From assembly GCA_047495785.1 (NCBI GenBank), contig JBLDXI010000001.1:1426001-1490000 (forward strand): a stretch of 64,000 nucleotides of DNA, read 5' to 3'. Positions 1 to 12,378 of the stretch are shown here, one piece after another. Position numbers and translations under genes: made by a program. The stretch's first letter is position 1. Every line of letters begins with the position of its first letter. The DNA is from Lepidodermella squamata. Its lineage: Eukaryota > Animalia > Gastrotricha. The notes under the pieces are model-generated. The model saw nothing but the letters and a program-made list of their open reading frames with translations, did no database searches and was not told the origin of the DNA.

Positions 1-1538
1 TATCCTTGTATCGAATCACAGTAGAATGTAAGGATAGCCTGCACTTGACATCGGCAACATCAACCACAACAATTACGGTAGGTATTCGATGAATCAAGTT
101 GGCAACTCTAGCGGGAATTTTTATCAAGGTGTCTATAAGCCATGTCAACCAGCCAGCTCAGTTCACCTCCTTACCTGGATATGTAAATGTCCAAGAAGAC
201 GCAACCACTGGTCCTACAGAGCTGTACTCCATCGCGGCTGTTGATCCTAACAATGGCGTTAATCCTGTCACAATGAGCCTCTTGTCAATTTCACCATCCG
301 GTGGTGGGTCCAAGTTTTACTTCGACACTAATACCAAGAGTGAGTTTATTGATTTAAAGTTTACGGGACTTACAATAATTTTTCAACCAGTATTCGGCTA
401 CACCGCAAATCCTCAATTCAGTTTCAATACCCAGTCCAATTACACGGCCTTGTTCTCTGCGTACAATAATGTGAATCCGACGGTGACTGGAACTCTTTAC
501 ATCTCAGTATCGAAGGTCACCCCTGGGGTATCTTGCTGCTACACAGTTTCGATCCGAGAAGATACGAATACCTCTCAAACTCTGTGGGACATGAGAACTC
601 GTAACAGCAGTGCTAACATTGTAGCGTGGGGTCTCGGCACTGTAAGTCCCTCGAGCTCGGCGTTCAGCATAACCACAGCAGGGCGTGAGTTTATTCTAAC
701 TTGAACAGAAATCCAATTTCGTGTCGATTATTTTTCAGTTGTCAAGTCTAGCAGTTATCCCAACTTCAACTATAACACAGCCCCAGTTTACACCGTGTTG
801 ATTACTGCGAGAGATGCCACGACCACTATTGCGACTTACACCCTAACGGTTTCAATCACTCCTGTGACCCAACAGCCTGTTATTTGGAACATGCCTCAAA
901 CAGTGACAATTTTACAAGGCACTGGTGGCGGAGCGAATCTGCTTCAAGTCAATTGCACGGAACCGAGAAGCTCGCTCAGTTACAGTATGAAAGTTCTACC
1001 TAGCTCTGGAACGACAAATTTCCTCATTTCGACTACTGGTCTTGTAACAACGCCATCCTACGCGAATTTCACTTACGTCACCAACCCGATTTATTACGTC
1101 ATAGTCGGATGTTCCAACACGGCTTACACGACTAGCGGAACCCTCACTGTAGTGATCACCACCCCGACTATTACTTACACTGTTACTACGACACCTTCTT
1201 ACGGCCAGACAAGCACAGCCACAGGGAGCAGTGGAAGTAGTACAACAACTTCCAGCAGCTCAGGACTCGCTCCTGAATGTGAGTGGACTAAACCTATAGT
1301 TTATTGCATTGACCCGAAATATTTCCCCAGATATCGGAGCGATAGTTGGCAGTATTGGAGGATGTCTAATTTTAGCAGGAATCGCATATGCTGTTGCGAA
1401 GCACCTTCAAGCCAAGGCAGCTGCTAAAGGAATAACAAGGTACGTATACAGTTGCATCTCGAATGGTTGAAAACAAAATTTATTTGCTTTCATTTCAGTA
1501 TGATGAAACAATACCCGCCGCCATACAGCGTACGGTGA
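1..1538 (+). CDS. Cadherin-repeat-like single-pass membrane protein (5' part outside the window); S/T-rich stalk, TM helix, short tail ending YPPPYSVR*
   Basis: GT-AG introns near 78-129, 340-390, 685-738, 1280-1330 and 1440-1498 join ORFs with cadherin-type repeats (VSISHVNQPAQF..VNVQED, YTVLITARD..LTVSITPVTQQPVI), a T/S stalk, TM IGAIVGSIGGCLILAGIAYAVA, and TGA at 1536-1538. Confidence 0.8.
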
Positions 1539-1684
1539 CCTTCTTTATTTGCGATGGCAGATCTATGACTGAAGCCCCATTTTTGTGTTTACTGGGGAGA
1601 AAAAGTGCAAAATAATTTTTCACACACCCAGTGTAACTTTGTTGCGAGTAAATAAAGATATTTGTTCAACAAAATGAAGATCCT

Positions 1685-3084
1685 TTACTCAATGGCGTAA
1701 GGTGTTGCATATGGATTGGCGCCTGCGTTACCAGCCGGACCATAGTTGCATACCTGAAGAGGAGTTAATAAGATGAATCAGTAATGCTCTAAATCAGTCT
1801 TACTAGAACAATATTTCCATCACCCAGTCCATTGCAGTAACTTTCGCCGCAACTGAAAAAATTATTGCCCGTGAAAAGAGAAACATCTCAACCAAAAAGC
1901 TTACCCTACAAACTTTGTCTCTTGCCAAATCATTTGAGTGTAATGCCCTATGCTGATGTTGGACGTTTTACCGACGCCATACTTCCAGTAGAGGCGTTCA
2001 TCAGCCCAGCCAGTGATGCATTCATTCCAGTTAGTTTTCCCGGCTTCACTTGCGCATAGATTCTGGCCAACGTAAGGCCACGCCGGCCCTTTATCGCCGC
2101 GGTCAGGCAAGTATCGAACAGCAAAGGTGTCATGGTCATCCTTACACTGAGCTGCTAAGCGTTCGGCAGTGGCAGCGAGATCATCGTCCCACTTCAAGTC
2201 TACCAGAGGAACCCTTGCTGGTGGATTGACGGATCCTGTGAAAGTAGTAGTAACATGTAGCAGTTACGATTATAAGGGATCAAAAATCCTCACGACGATA
2301 TTCGTTGTGAATTCTCAGAATTTCTGTCGGGTCACTTATGGTTGAATAAATCACATCTTCCGAGTCATTGAGGCAGAGAGTATGAGGCAAAGTTAGGTTA
2401 TATCGGCACTGCGGCTGCGGAAAAAACGTTTAGTCTTAAACCGTGATAAACTATAGGAAAGCCTACCCCTTTCTTCTCAAATCCAACCAATCCCGCTGGT
2501 ATCGGAGTTTCGGAAGTACTTACCTGCGGCGTGACAAAATTGACAGTCGAGGCTGATGTTACTGACTTGGTAGTTGACGTTGTAGTAGACGATGTCGGTT
2601 TAGAAGTAATTGTTGCTGCTGTCATAGTCGTTGTAGCTGTAGGAGTTGTTAGAGCTGTTGTAGTACTAAAGGTGGCTAGAGGTGTTGTAGTATCACTATT
2701 GCTCGAGCTCGAAAGATGAGACGCAGGGTTTCTTCGCAGGATGAACCGTGCGAATGGATCAGAAGCATTAAAATCTGCCGTTCTCGCATAGCTTTCCGGG
2801 CAAGATGGCAGTGGATCGATCCACTTCTCATTTTCGCACCGAACTGTTGAATTGCCAACAATCAACCCATCAATGCAGGCATAGATCACGGTTGCAGAAC
2901 GGGCTGTTCTGTTCGTCTTGTCGTCTATTGATTTGTTAGACTTCAAAACAAGGGCGGTATAACCGCCGATAAGTTCGGGCGGCCTGTCGCAAACAGACCC
3001 AGTGTCGGCGAGAAGATTCGACCATGAAATTTGCTCAGCTGTCGCAGAACAAGTTGTTATCAAAACGAGCCAGTAAAAACGCAT
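1685..3084 (-). CDS. Secreted Sushi/CCP + Thr-rich linker + CAP (SCP/PR-1/antigen-5) protein
   Basis: Signal peptide MRFYWLVLITTCSATA; Sushi CDRPPELIGG..VIYAC..VRCENEKWIDPLPSC; CAP motifs HNEYR, WDDDLAATAE, VGQNL, GHYTQMIW, VCNYGPAGN; stop TAA at 1687-1685. Confidence 0.85.
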
Positions 3085-3354
3085 TCTGAGAAGAGGGTAT
3101 GATGTTGAACTGATGTAACTTTCTCACTTTGGAACGTTTTTCTTGCCCCATTTTTATTACTATGAATCAGAGCATTTATTGGCAAAAAATGTTCACGTTA
3201 CATTGCACGACACTTACTTAACTATAAACTTAACGCTTTTGACACCTTGTAAATTGACAATGACTAGGCAATACTATAGATGATTGTTGCTTGCTTTAAT
3301 AACTACATGAATACTTGTCTCGTGTTTCATTGAGTTTTCAGTTTTTCAGTCAAG

Positions 3355-5397
3355 TTATGCATTAGCTGTGGCAGCTGCTTCGTAAGGGAAGGCAAATGGA
3401 TCGATTCCAGGTGCTTTGGCGATGTTTCCACCAGGTCCATAGTGACAGGTCTAAAAATAAATGTCTATATATGTGATTCAAGTGGAAATGCTGTCTTCCA
3501 TACCATTACGTCCAGAAGTTTGTCTCCGTCACTGCAGATCGCTCTGCCGCAACCAATTGAGGTAGTCGTCGCCCAAATCATTTGTGAGTAGTGCCCAACC
3601 TTGCGGATATTTTGGTTGGGATGATTCGGATCGATAGCGCCAGTGCCGAATCGGTAATTCTCCTTCTCGGCGGCCCAATACCCGACGGCTGCTGGCACCG
3701 AAGGAAACTCGCCGCCGATGTTCAGCGCCATGTTTTGATTGACGTACTTGAACTCGGACTTGCCGTCTCTCGCCGGTAGACTCAAGTCGTCGAGGTAGTG
3801 TTGGTCCGAACACTGATAAGCAGCCACTCGCTCGGCGGCAATCGCTAGATCCTCGTCCCAGGTGACATCTGGTATCGGAACTTTCGCAGGTGGGTTAACA
3901 GATTCTGAAAAAGTAATCATCATTTTAATCAGGGCGCTTAGGGAAGGATAGGAAAACTTGCTTCTCTCTTTGTTGTGGGCATCTAGGATATCTTGAATTG
4001 GGATCGGAACGGTTCGGTTGAGTTTAGGCGAATCAGCCAAGCATAACGCATTCGGTAGCTTCAGTCCATACCTGCATTGAGGCTATAAGAATGAAGTGTT
4101 ATCAAGCGTGAAAATCAATTGAGGTGGATTCATACCCCTCTTAGTCCTCCTGACAATATCTTTACGGTAATGTTTCCCGGCAGCATAGTCGTGGGGCCGG
4201 CTGTTGTAACAGCTATAGGTCCAGGTCTAGCTGTTGTTATCGTTACTGATACAGGTCTAGCTGTTGTTGTCACTGCATTAGAAACAGCTGATGAACCTGC
4301 CGCAGTTGTTGGTAGGGTGATAGCGCTTGCTGGCAGGGCTGTTATTGAAATCACCCGGGTAGTTCCACCTGAGATTGTTGTTAATGAAATCGCCCTGGTA
4401 GACGGAGCAAGGGTAACTGCAGTCACGTTAGACGGCCGAGATGTCGTAATTAGAGGCGGAGTTTGAACAGAAATCGGCTTCATGGTCGCTGGTCCAGCTG
4501 TAGCACCTGGTGCAATGAAGACGGGGGAAACTTTACCAGGATCAGCGTCGTAGGGTTTCGCAAAATGGTTCATGCCATTGAAGCCAATATTTCCACCAGG
4601 TGCGTAGTCGCAAACCTTCGAAAATACTTAGGGCATATGATTAATCTTGCGAAAGAAAATTTACCATCATATATTCCCATTCGCCCTTGCAACTAGCCTT
4701 GGCACAACTATAAAAAAATATTTATTAAGGTGGATTTGAATTTTGTTTAATATTATACCCTATGCGAGTCGTGTTTTGCCAGATGATTTGTGTGTAATGG
4801 CCAACATCGCTTCCGTTTATAGAACCAACGCCGTACTTGAAAAAGGCTTTTGAAGCGGCCCAGGCATTGACGCATTCAGCCCAGGTGGGTTCATAGCCGG
4901 AGCTGAAACATTGATTCTGGCCTACCCATTCGTAAGATGGAAGCACTCGCTGTTCCGCAGGTTCGTGTTCATCGTTGCATTGAGCTGCCCAGCGAGCTGC
5001 CATTACAGCTAAATCATCATCCCAAACCAAATTTGGCAACGGGGTCCTCGAGTCAGTTATTTGCGCTGTTGAAAATGACGAAAATTTAAAGATTTCGATG
5101 CAATAATTCTAGACATTTTTAGACCTCGGAATCCGTTGTGTAAGGTTAGGACTTCATCGGACTTGGTCTCTTCAGCCTTGACAAAATCAGGCGAGTTGTC
5201 GAGACATAGCGTATGATCTTTCGGATACTTGAACTGTTCGCACAGCTTTGCCTATTCGTATAAACAAAAATGTTTGCTATTCAACTCATTTTAGGGAAGG
5301 GGTGTTTTTATATTACAGCAGCTGGATCGCTGGACTGTGCCTGGATCAAGTTGAAAAACACGGCTGGCAAAATAGCAATTAGAATTCGAGTTATCAT
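3355..5397 (-). CDS. Secreted double-CAP protein (CAP - Thr/Pro-rich linker - CAP)
   Basis: Signal peptide MITRILIAILPAVFFNLIQA from ATG 5397; CAP-A HNGFR/WDDDLA/GQNQC/GHYTQIIW/CDYAPGGN; mucin-like linker 4130-4560; CAP-B HNKER/WDEDLA/GHYSQMIW/CHYGPGGN; stop at 3357-3355. Confidence 0.85.
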
Positions 5398-6604
5398 TTT
5401 GCGGTGAAATTATGCGAGCTATGATTTTTCAATTTTTCAAGACAACATGTTGAATTGCACCGAGCGTTAATGTGTTTTTTGTCGGCAAATGTCTGTTCGT
5501 TTGTGCTGTTTGTTCAATCATTAGGCGGTAAAAATCTCGCAAAAATAGCTATTTTGTATGAGCAATGCAAATAAAAAACACGATGTCGCAAATTTTGATC
5601 GTCATTTTTTTAGCGATCACGCCTCAGGCAAAAAATGCAGGTCCCAACATTGCCCCTGAAAAAAATTGCTTGGTAAACGATTGAAAAATGCGATGCACCT
5701 AATATTAGGTTTAAAAACTGTATGTCTTTCACCACGATCACATTTGCCCGTGCGGAACCAAATTCAACCGCAAGAAATTTCAAAAATTGACCCCAAAGAT
5801 TTCAGGAGTATATGGACAATTTTTTTTGTCGGCTTCTCAAGTTATACTCAGATGATATAAGGAAGAAATAATAAATTGATCAATAATCAATCATTAAACT
5901 TCAGACTATATTATGAAAAGTCAGTATCGACCTTGCTGTAAATTTTAACAATTCGGCTTCAAGGCAACAAGCCATCTCAGTTCCGCCACTATTGGGGACT
6001 CTTGCAGAATTAACAAAGTATAGCGACATGATAGCTGATATCGAAGGAATTATTAATATGGGCTTGCTTTCTAAACGATTTCAAGTTTAAACATATATTC
6101 AACGGCATCTTTCAGATTTCAAATCATTTTCATCCACTTTTGCTCTATATTGTCCACGGGCCGAGTTTAAATCAGGCCGGCCGGGACGGGTATAGTCCAC
6201 ACAAGGATGAGGTCGGCCGAAACTCATTGTTAGTCTACAAAACAAAATGCTGAAAAAACTATATTGCCACAATATATGTGTTTTTATCTGATGATAATGA
6301 TTTTGGCAGTAAAATAATAATAATGTTTTGATTTTTCCTCTTCGGGACTATGAATGTTGTTTACCGGTTCCGGTTTTGAAGAGGTCGAAGGCAGGCGACG
6401 AATCTTCCTCAACCAGTCTTCCTCACAGTGGAAGATTCTGCTTTTTTGTATAAATTTCATAATTTTAATCGAGCTGACAACCACACGCCATTAATCTATT
6501 TCAAATGAAACCAATTCCACTAGTTTGACATAGAGAATAATTTCTATCTCAAAATCGTTTTCGCAGGGATTTTTTCTTTTTCCATCTATTCTTACTTCTC
6601 AGTA

Positions 6605-6782
6605 CAGTAAAACCTCCATAAATTAGATGTCTATAAATTAGACACCTCCGTGATTAGACACTTTTTATCGGCGACGAACCGCAAGGACAACTATTGTTCG
6701 GACTTTCTGTATCTTAGACAGCTCCATTATTAGACGGTTTTAGGCCACTACGGAAGGTGTCTAAATTGTGGAGATTTTACTG
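6605..6782. mobile_element. Short MITE, Tc1/mariner-pogo type
   Basis: TA|CAGTAAAACCTCCA ... TGGAGATTTTACTG|TA (TIR with 1 mismatch, TA TSD); internal TTAGAC repeats. Confidence 0.75.
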
Positions 6783-6806
6783 TATTCTTATTTATCCTTC
6801 ACCATA

Positions 6807-7575
6807 CCGTAACGAGTGGTAACTTTGGACAAAACGTGTTTTTCGAACATTAAAAATCAGCCTTTGCTCCTAAATTTCTGAAATTTTTACTTAAGGTGGG
6901 GACGGTGATTCTTGAATTTACTGCAAATTTTAAAATTTTTGAGAATTTTACCTGACCTTTGGCTAATTAATAAGTGTTCCGGTAACTTTGGACAATTAGA
7001 GGGTAGCTTTGGACACTCATTTGCATATGCAATTTCATTGCAATTTCATTGTGAATTATCTGTTTTTCATGGGTTTTCATTTAATCTTGGGTCAGATTTC
7101 GAAAAAAATTATGAACAGATGGCGCATCATCTGTTTCTCGGAAGTTCAATAAAAATACGTTTCTGCGCAGCAGCTACTTAACCCGTCCAAAAGTGTCCAA
7201 AATTACCCCAATTTTCACCTGTTTTTCAGGTAAATGCCCTGCTAAAACGCGTCGACGGATTCCCATTTTATCTTCGATTATAGGGATAGTATAGATAGGA
7301 GAATACTCATGCCAACTTTCATTGAAAACTGATCGATTATTAGAAAGATAGAAGGGGGGTCCCAAAACGGCACCCAAAGTCTAACTGCTTGCAACTTTTT
7401 CTGAAATCCGATTTCAGCTCCAATCGTCTTGATTTTTATTTCAAACGAAAGCTGAGGAGACGTAGAATTTTATGCAAAAACCCCCATGATTTAAACGTTC
7501 AAGCCTCAAAAGCTAAACACCTGCAAAGCCGACAGTGTCCAAAGTTACCGTGTCCACAATCACCACACGTTACGG
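6807..7575. mobile_element. MITE, pogo-like
   Basis: TA|CCGTAACGAGTGGTAACTTTGGACA ... TGTCCACAATCACCACACGTTACGG|TA; internal GGTAACTTTGGACA / TGTCCAAA repeats. Confidence 0.75.
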
Positions 7576-8030
7576 TATTCTTATTGTTAGTTTTCAGGCC
7601 AGAAAATAACAAATTTCAGCATAATTAATTAGCGAAAAAGCTGATTAAAAAGTTGGCGGGAAACTTCTGTCTGCTGAATGCTGAATACTAACTTGAAGCA
7701 AGATAAAGCTTAAGAGCTTTCCTCCAACCTGGCCGTGTTTAACCAGCGGGCAACTCTGGGAAAATAATAATAAATATCCGTTGAGCATTTTTGCTCAATT
7801 GCTTAACCTGTGCTCAATTTGCTCAACGCGTGCTAAAGCAGTGCACAATTTGCGCTCAATTCGTGAACAACTAGAGCCTAACCAGAGGATGAATCATCAA
7901 AAAGTGCTCAAACTGTGCTCAAAATGTGCTTAACACGTCGTATGACACGCGTTGAGCACACCAATAATTATTTAAAATATGCCCTGTCATTGATCAGTCA
8001 ATTTCTGATTCCGACAATAACCCGATAACG

Positions 8031-8087
8031 GTGGCGCAATCGATTCGATTGCAGGCGTTGGTGGTCAAAGTCACTGGTTCGATTCCC
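8031..8087 (+). repeat. tRNA-derived Pol III-promoter-like cassette, copy 1
   Basis: A-box-like TGGCGCAATCG, B-box GGTTCGATTCC, downstream T-run; identical 57 bp at 8294-8350; no full cloverleaf found. Confidence 0.6.
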
Positions 8088-8293
8088 CGTCACTACTGAT
8101 TTTTTTAATGAGCTTTTAGTTTTTTTTTACTTTCCTTAAATTTTACTGGCACATGGCAATACTGCCGGTACCCGAAACTGGCTGTTTGTGAAAAAAACGG
8201 CCAATGCCGGCAGTGATGCCTACTGCCAATACGGCAAAATATAAAAAATCCACTTTAAATCGGTTTTTTGTGATTGATTTTCATAGCGAACCA

Positions 8294-8350
8294 GTGGCGC
8301 AATCGATTCGATTGCAGGCGTTGGTGGTCAAAGTCACTGGTTCGATTCCC
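8294..8350 (+). repeat. tRNA-derived Pol III-promoter-like cassette, copy 2
   Basis: Exact 57-bp copy of 8031-8087, followed by GATTTTT. Confidence 0.6.
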
Positions 8351-11300
8351 GGCCCTGACGGATTTTTCTGAATTTATTTCTAATTTTTACAAATTCGACT
8401 GCTCAACGAGTGCTAAAAGCAAAAATTGATGATTGCACAATGGGTGCGTTAATGAATGCTTAATGAGTGGTAAATGACTGCTCAATGACTGCACAATCGT
8501 CTAAAGGTTGCACAATGACTGCACAACGAAATTCTTAACATTGCAAAATTATATTGAGCACGGGAAATAATTCTGCTCAACGAATGCTCAACGGATAAAT
8601 AATACATATTTCAAATGCTAACAGAATAACTCGCAATAAACCCTCTACAACAATTTCATTATCGTTTTGAATTTTCGCTTGAACATTTTCGCTTGAAGCT
8701 AGGTAGAGCTCTTCTGGCTTGAATCCCTGGATCGGTCCTGGATTGTTCCCTGGGTTGTAGCCGAAGTGTCCCTTGTTCAAACCAGCAAATATATAAAAGA
8801 AAGTCTTTGTTCTTTAATTATTTTTGGTCTGGATTTTTCGTGTCACTGGAGACTTTTTCATCTTTTCCGTAAATGTGATTGTCCATGCGATGTTCGAAAT
8901 TCCTAATTCCCCGTTCACTTCATGAAGCGAGTGCAATCCCGATGCAGACTGTTGCTAAAGCCGTGGAAAGACATTAAAATCGGCGAAATATTTGCCATTC
9001 TTGTTTGCATAAAATTATGCTGTGTCTCGCTCAAAATCGTTAGCGAAAAATTGTCTTCCTCGCTGAAAGTGTATGCTAATTCAGCGGTTTTCACTTGTGT
9101 TCTATAATGCAGAAATATGATGATGACATAAAGCAGCCGATAATTGATGGTTTGTTTCTTCGTATAGGTTCCTAATTAGCATAACGAACCGTGATTTATT
9201 TTTCATTTTTTTCATATTATACTTTTTGGCCCTCGCTTTCGTAATAATTTCTCGGTGCTTCGTGATTTCGGATAGAATAAGGCGGTGCTGCTGTATGTTA
9301 TAACGTCACGCGGTAGCATCCATCATTTTCGTCATTATCGACGACGGCCGCGATTTTGGCTGCGGCTCCGTGTTTAGATTTCATTTCCGCCGCTTTCGTT
9401 TTGACGCCTGGAAGCATAGGGAGGGCGCTTGGCGCAGAGCGCGCCGGCGGCGGAAGTTCGCCACCGCACTGCGCTCTCGGACTTTTCGCCGCAAATTACC
9501 AGCGAAAACAACTGCACATTACAGCAGCGCGTGTCATTATTACTTTTTGTTTTTTTACATCATCATCATCATCATCGGCATCATCATTATCATCCTGCTG
9601 CGACAAATGATAAAAGACATGCCGGCGCATTGAAAATGGCCGCCGATTTATAGAAAAATGACTATCGCCAAAATGCTGCGTAATAAGATGGAAATTTCCA
9701 ACTTTCAAATGCGTAAGCTGAAAAGGATAATGTAAAAATCATACGAAACAATTCACCATCATCAGTATATGCGGCTGTAATTCTCGTGTCTACATACATA
9801 AGAAGTGTCATCCAGATAAAGACGCGCGCCGCTCCGTGTCTCAAAATATGTATTATATAAGGCGGATTCGCCACGCGTGCTACAACCAGAAATTCCCCAC
9901 CACTCTATTATTATATTCAAATGACAACAGCGGAATCAAAATAGCGATTTCTCATTAAAGGGACATTGCTTTTAGGGACTGAGTTTCTAAATCGCCCTGT
10001 CGAGCCCTGGCACCTAATTCTTTATTTTTTCCATAAGCGGCGAAGTACGCGTACTGACGTAAATGCGGTCTTAAATGCCACCGCGCCCCGCGCCCCACTT
10101 GACAACATGTGGGTTACTCAGGAAGTTATATTTTGATTTTTAACAGCACACTCAACGCGTCCTACCAGGTTAAACCCAGCGTATATAACACCGTGGGGGA
10201 ATGTAGGACGGCGCGCAGTTGCGAGAAAATGTTTGCCTCATCGGTGCGCTAAAAAAATTCTGCCCTGCCTTTGCGTGACAAGCGACAATTGTGTATGCGC
10301 AGCGCGAACGGTCCATATTCAATATAAATGAGCTCGAGCCGCACGCGAGTGAAGGTGCGACATGCGCGCATCGTCGTCATCATTTTTGGCGCGGTGGCTT
10401 CACGGATATAGTATAACCGAATAATGTGCGCACTTGCAGTGGCAGTTATATTGCATTAAAGCGAGCGCATCATCATCACCACCGCGCGCGCGGCCAGGCA
10501 CACTGCGCTGAATTTTTTATGACACACACACATCGAGTGTGAGACAGGCGCGCATCGGCTACTAGCTAGGCATTTTATCGATTTCTGGTCTCTTATATCC
10601 CCACTTTATCGCCGTCGGCAGACTATACATATGCACAGGATAATAGCTCATGGCTCGTTATAACGAAATAGAGCCTCGGAAAAAATTATCGCCACCGATG
10701 ATCGAGCAGGCTGTCATACCGTCGTTCATTTTGCCGGTGCGCTTTAATTTTTCTGATATTTACCTAGCCTTCCGATGAAAAAAATTTGCCTTCCCTCAAA
10801 ACGAAACGATCAGCCAACAGTTTGATTGTTTCACGCTCTTCGTTATTTCAAAGCAAATTTACTTTCAGTTATATTCTAAGTGCAGAATTTGACAGAGCAA
10901 TAAATTAATTTATTGACGCGAGCTACCTTTCAGAGATGACTCGCGATAACATTGCATTGTTGTGGCGAAATTTATTATTCTTCACAATTTTGTTGGTAGA
11001 ATTTCTTGGTTTCGACCGGCATCAGGTGATAGTTATAAATAATTCCTGACTCGCCTCGAGCCGCCACCTTTCGCATGATCATTTTTCTATACGACAGCTT
11101 AACAAGGAAGAATTTGGAGACGGCTTTGTGTGATGCGCGTTATCTCAACGATTTTTTTTTATCGTTTGAATTATTCAATGAGCGCGCGTCGATCAAAATT
11201 CGGCATTATCATTCGAGTCCCGGCAGTATACTGCATTTTTCGCAGCTTTCGCGTTGCTATTATTATTTTATTATTTACTGCCAGCAAACACAGCAGCGAG

Positions 11301-12096
11301 ATGTGCTAGCCGGTCGCGGGCGAAAGCTAGCGCGAGGTTTCGAAGCTGATGCGTGTAGTTTTAATTTCGTCATTTCGTTATTATTCCAACATATATAACA
11401 ATTATTGCGGCAGCAATTTTTCAGCAGCACTTGTCGATGTTGTATAAACTTCCGTGACCAATCGCGCCCCGCGCGCGCTGTCGAGTGGCAGGCGTACAAA
11501 ACTGTTAATAAAACGAGCGCAAATATTTTTCTACAACAATATTGCAAATATTAACTGAGATCCGGCGCCACTAGCTGCAGCGTCGATAATTGTAGGCAGA
11601 GCTCTCAGCATCGGCTATATAAATTTATAATTGTATATAAAAAATTTAAAAAATACAGTTTGCGTCACGGCAGCGATTTAAACTGCAAAACTTAACACAC
11701 CGCAACTTCCGAGCTTATACCTTGAACAATTCTATATCGTCCTATGACGTAATTTTTATAATAATAAGTTTCCGTGTTTGACAGGTAGCTTCTATAAAAA
11801 TCGTATAAGAGAGACACTTGAGAATTGCGCTCGCTTATAATTGTGGTTTTGCGCATTTTTATTGATGTTGAAGTCCGGTTCAACTATCGCAGCGCGTCTT
11901 GCGTGCTCCAATATTTTGAAGCGGGCCCTTGAGAGCCATGTCGTTACCGTAAACACAATCTAGGCTTTGAGGTATATCCCATTTTCCGGTACACTTTTTG
12001 ATGGAAAATCGAAATAAGCCAAGGCTTTATTTTTCTTGGAATAGGACTATTATCGTTTGTAATAACTCAATTAAACTCGACTAATTCAGCTTCGAA

Positions 12097-12378
12097 ATGG
12101 CCGCTTTGACTGAAAAAGAAGTGAACGATCTTTTTGTCGAATGCGACTCGAACAAGGACAAGCTTCTTGATCTGGACGAATTCGCCATTTTGGTGAGCAA
12201 AATCGAAAAAGGCGCCCACCGCTCGCGTGAAGATCTTGAAAAACTGTTCGTCGCTGTCGACACCAACAGTAAGATTATTATGAGATGACCTGAATTTGTA
12301 TTTTTACCTGCATTTTTCGTTACAGAAAACGGCCGGATTTGCATTGGAGAACTTCAAGCTCATTTCTGCAAGAAATAA
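12097..12378 (+). CDS. Small two-EF-hand Ca2+-binding protein (~74 aa)
   Basis: EF loops DSNKDKLLDLDE and DTNKNGRICIGE, the second completed across a GTAAGA..TTACAG intron (~12269-12326); stop at 12376-12378. Confidence 0.85.

Larger units (their letters stand above)
7778..8594. mobile_element. Non-autonomous CMC (EnSpm/Mirage-like) element carrying two tRNA-like cassettes
   Basis: AT|CCGTTGAGCATT ... AATGCTCAACGG|AT (2-bp TSD); dense subterminal TGCTCAA/TGCACAA/TGCTTAA repeats at both ends. Confidence 0.7.

Noticed and set aside
8031-8350. Functional tRNA genes
   Set aside because: Could not form acceptor and anticodon stems; the units lie inside a transposon
5900-9130. Possible spliced minus-strand gene between the MITEs (exon-like pieces at ~6100-6480, 7690-7760, 8640-8950)
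   Set aside because: No stop-free model could be assembled and no domain was recognised; may be a decayed gene or lncRNA
9356-9874. Short overlapping ORFs with poly-H/S/I/D tracts
   Set aside because: Products of a (CAT)n microsatellite in non-coding DNA
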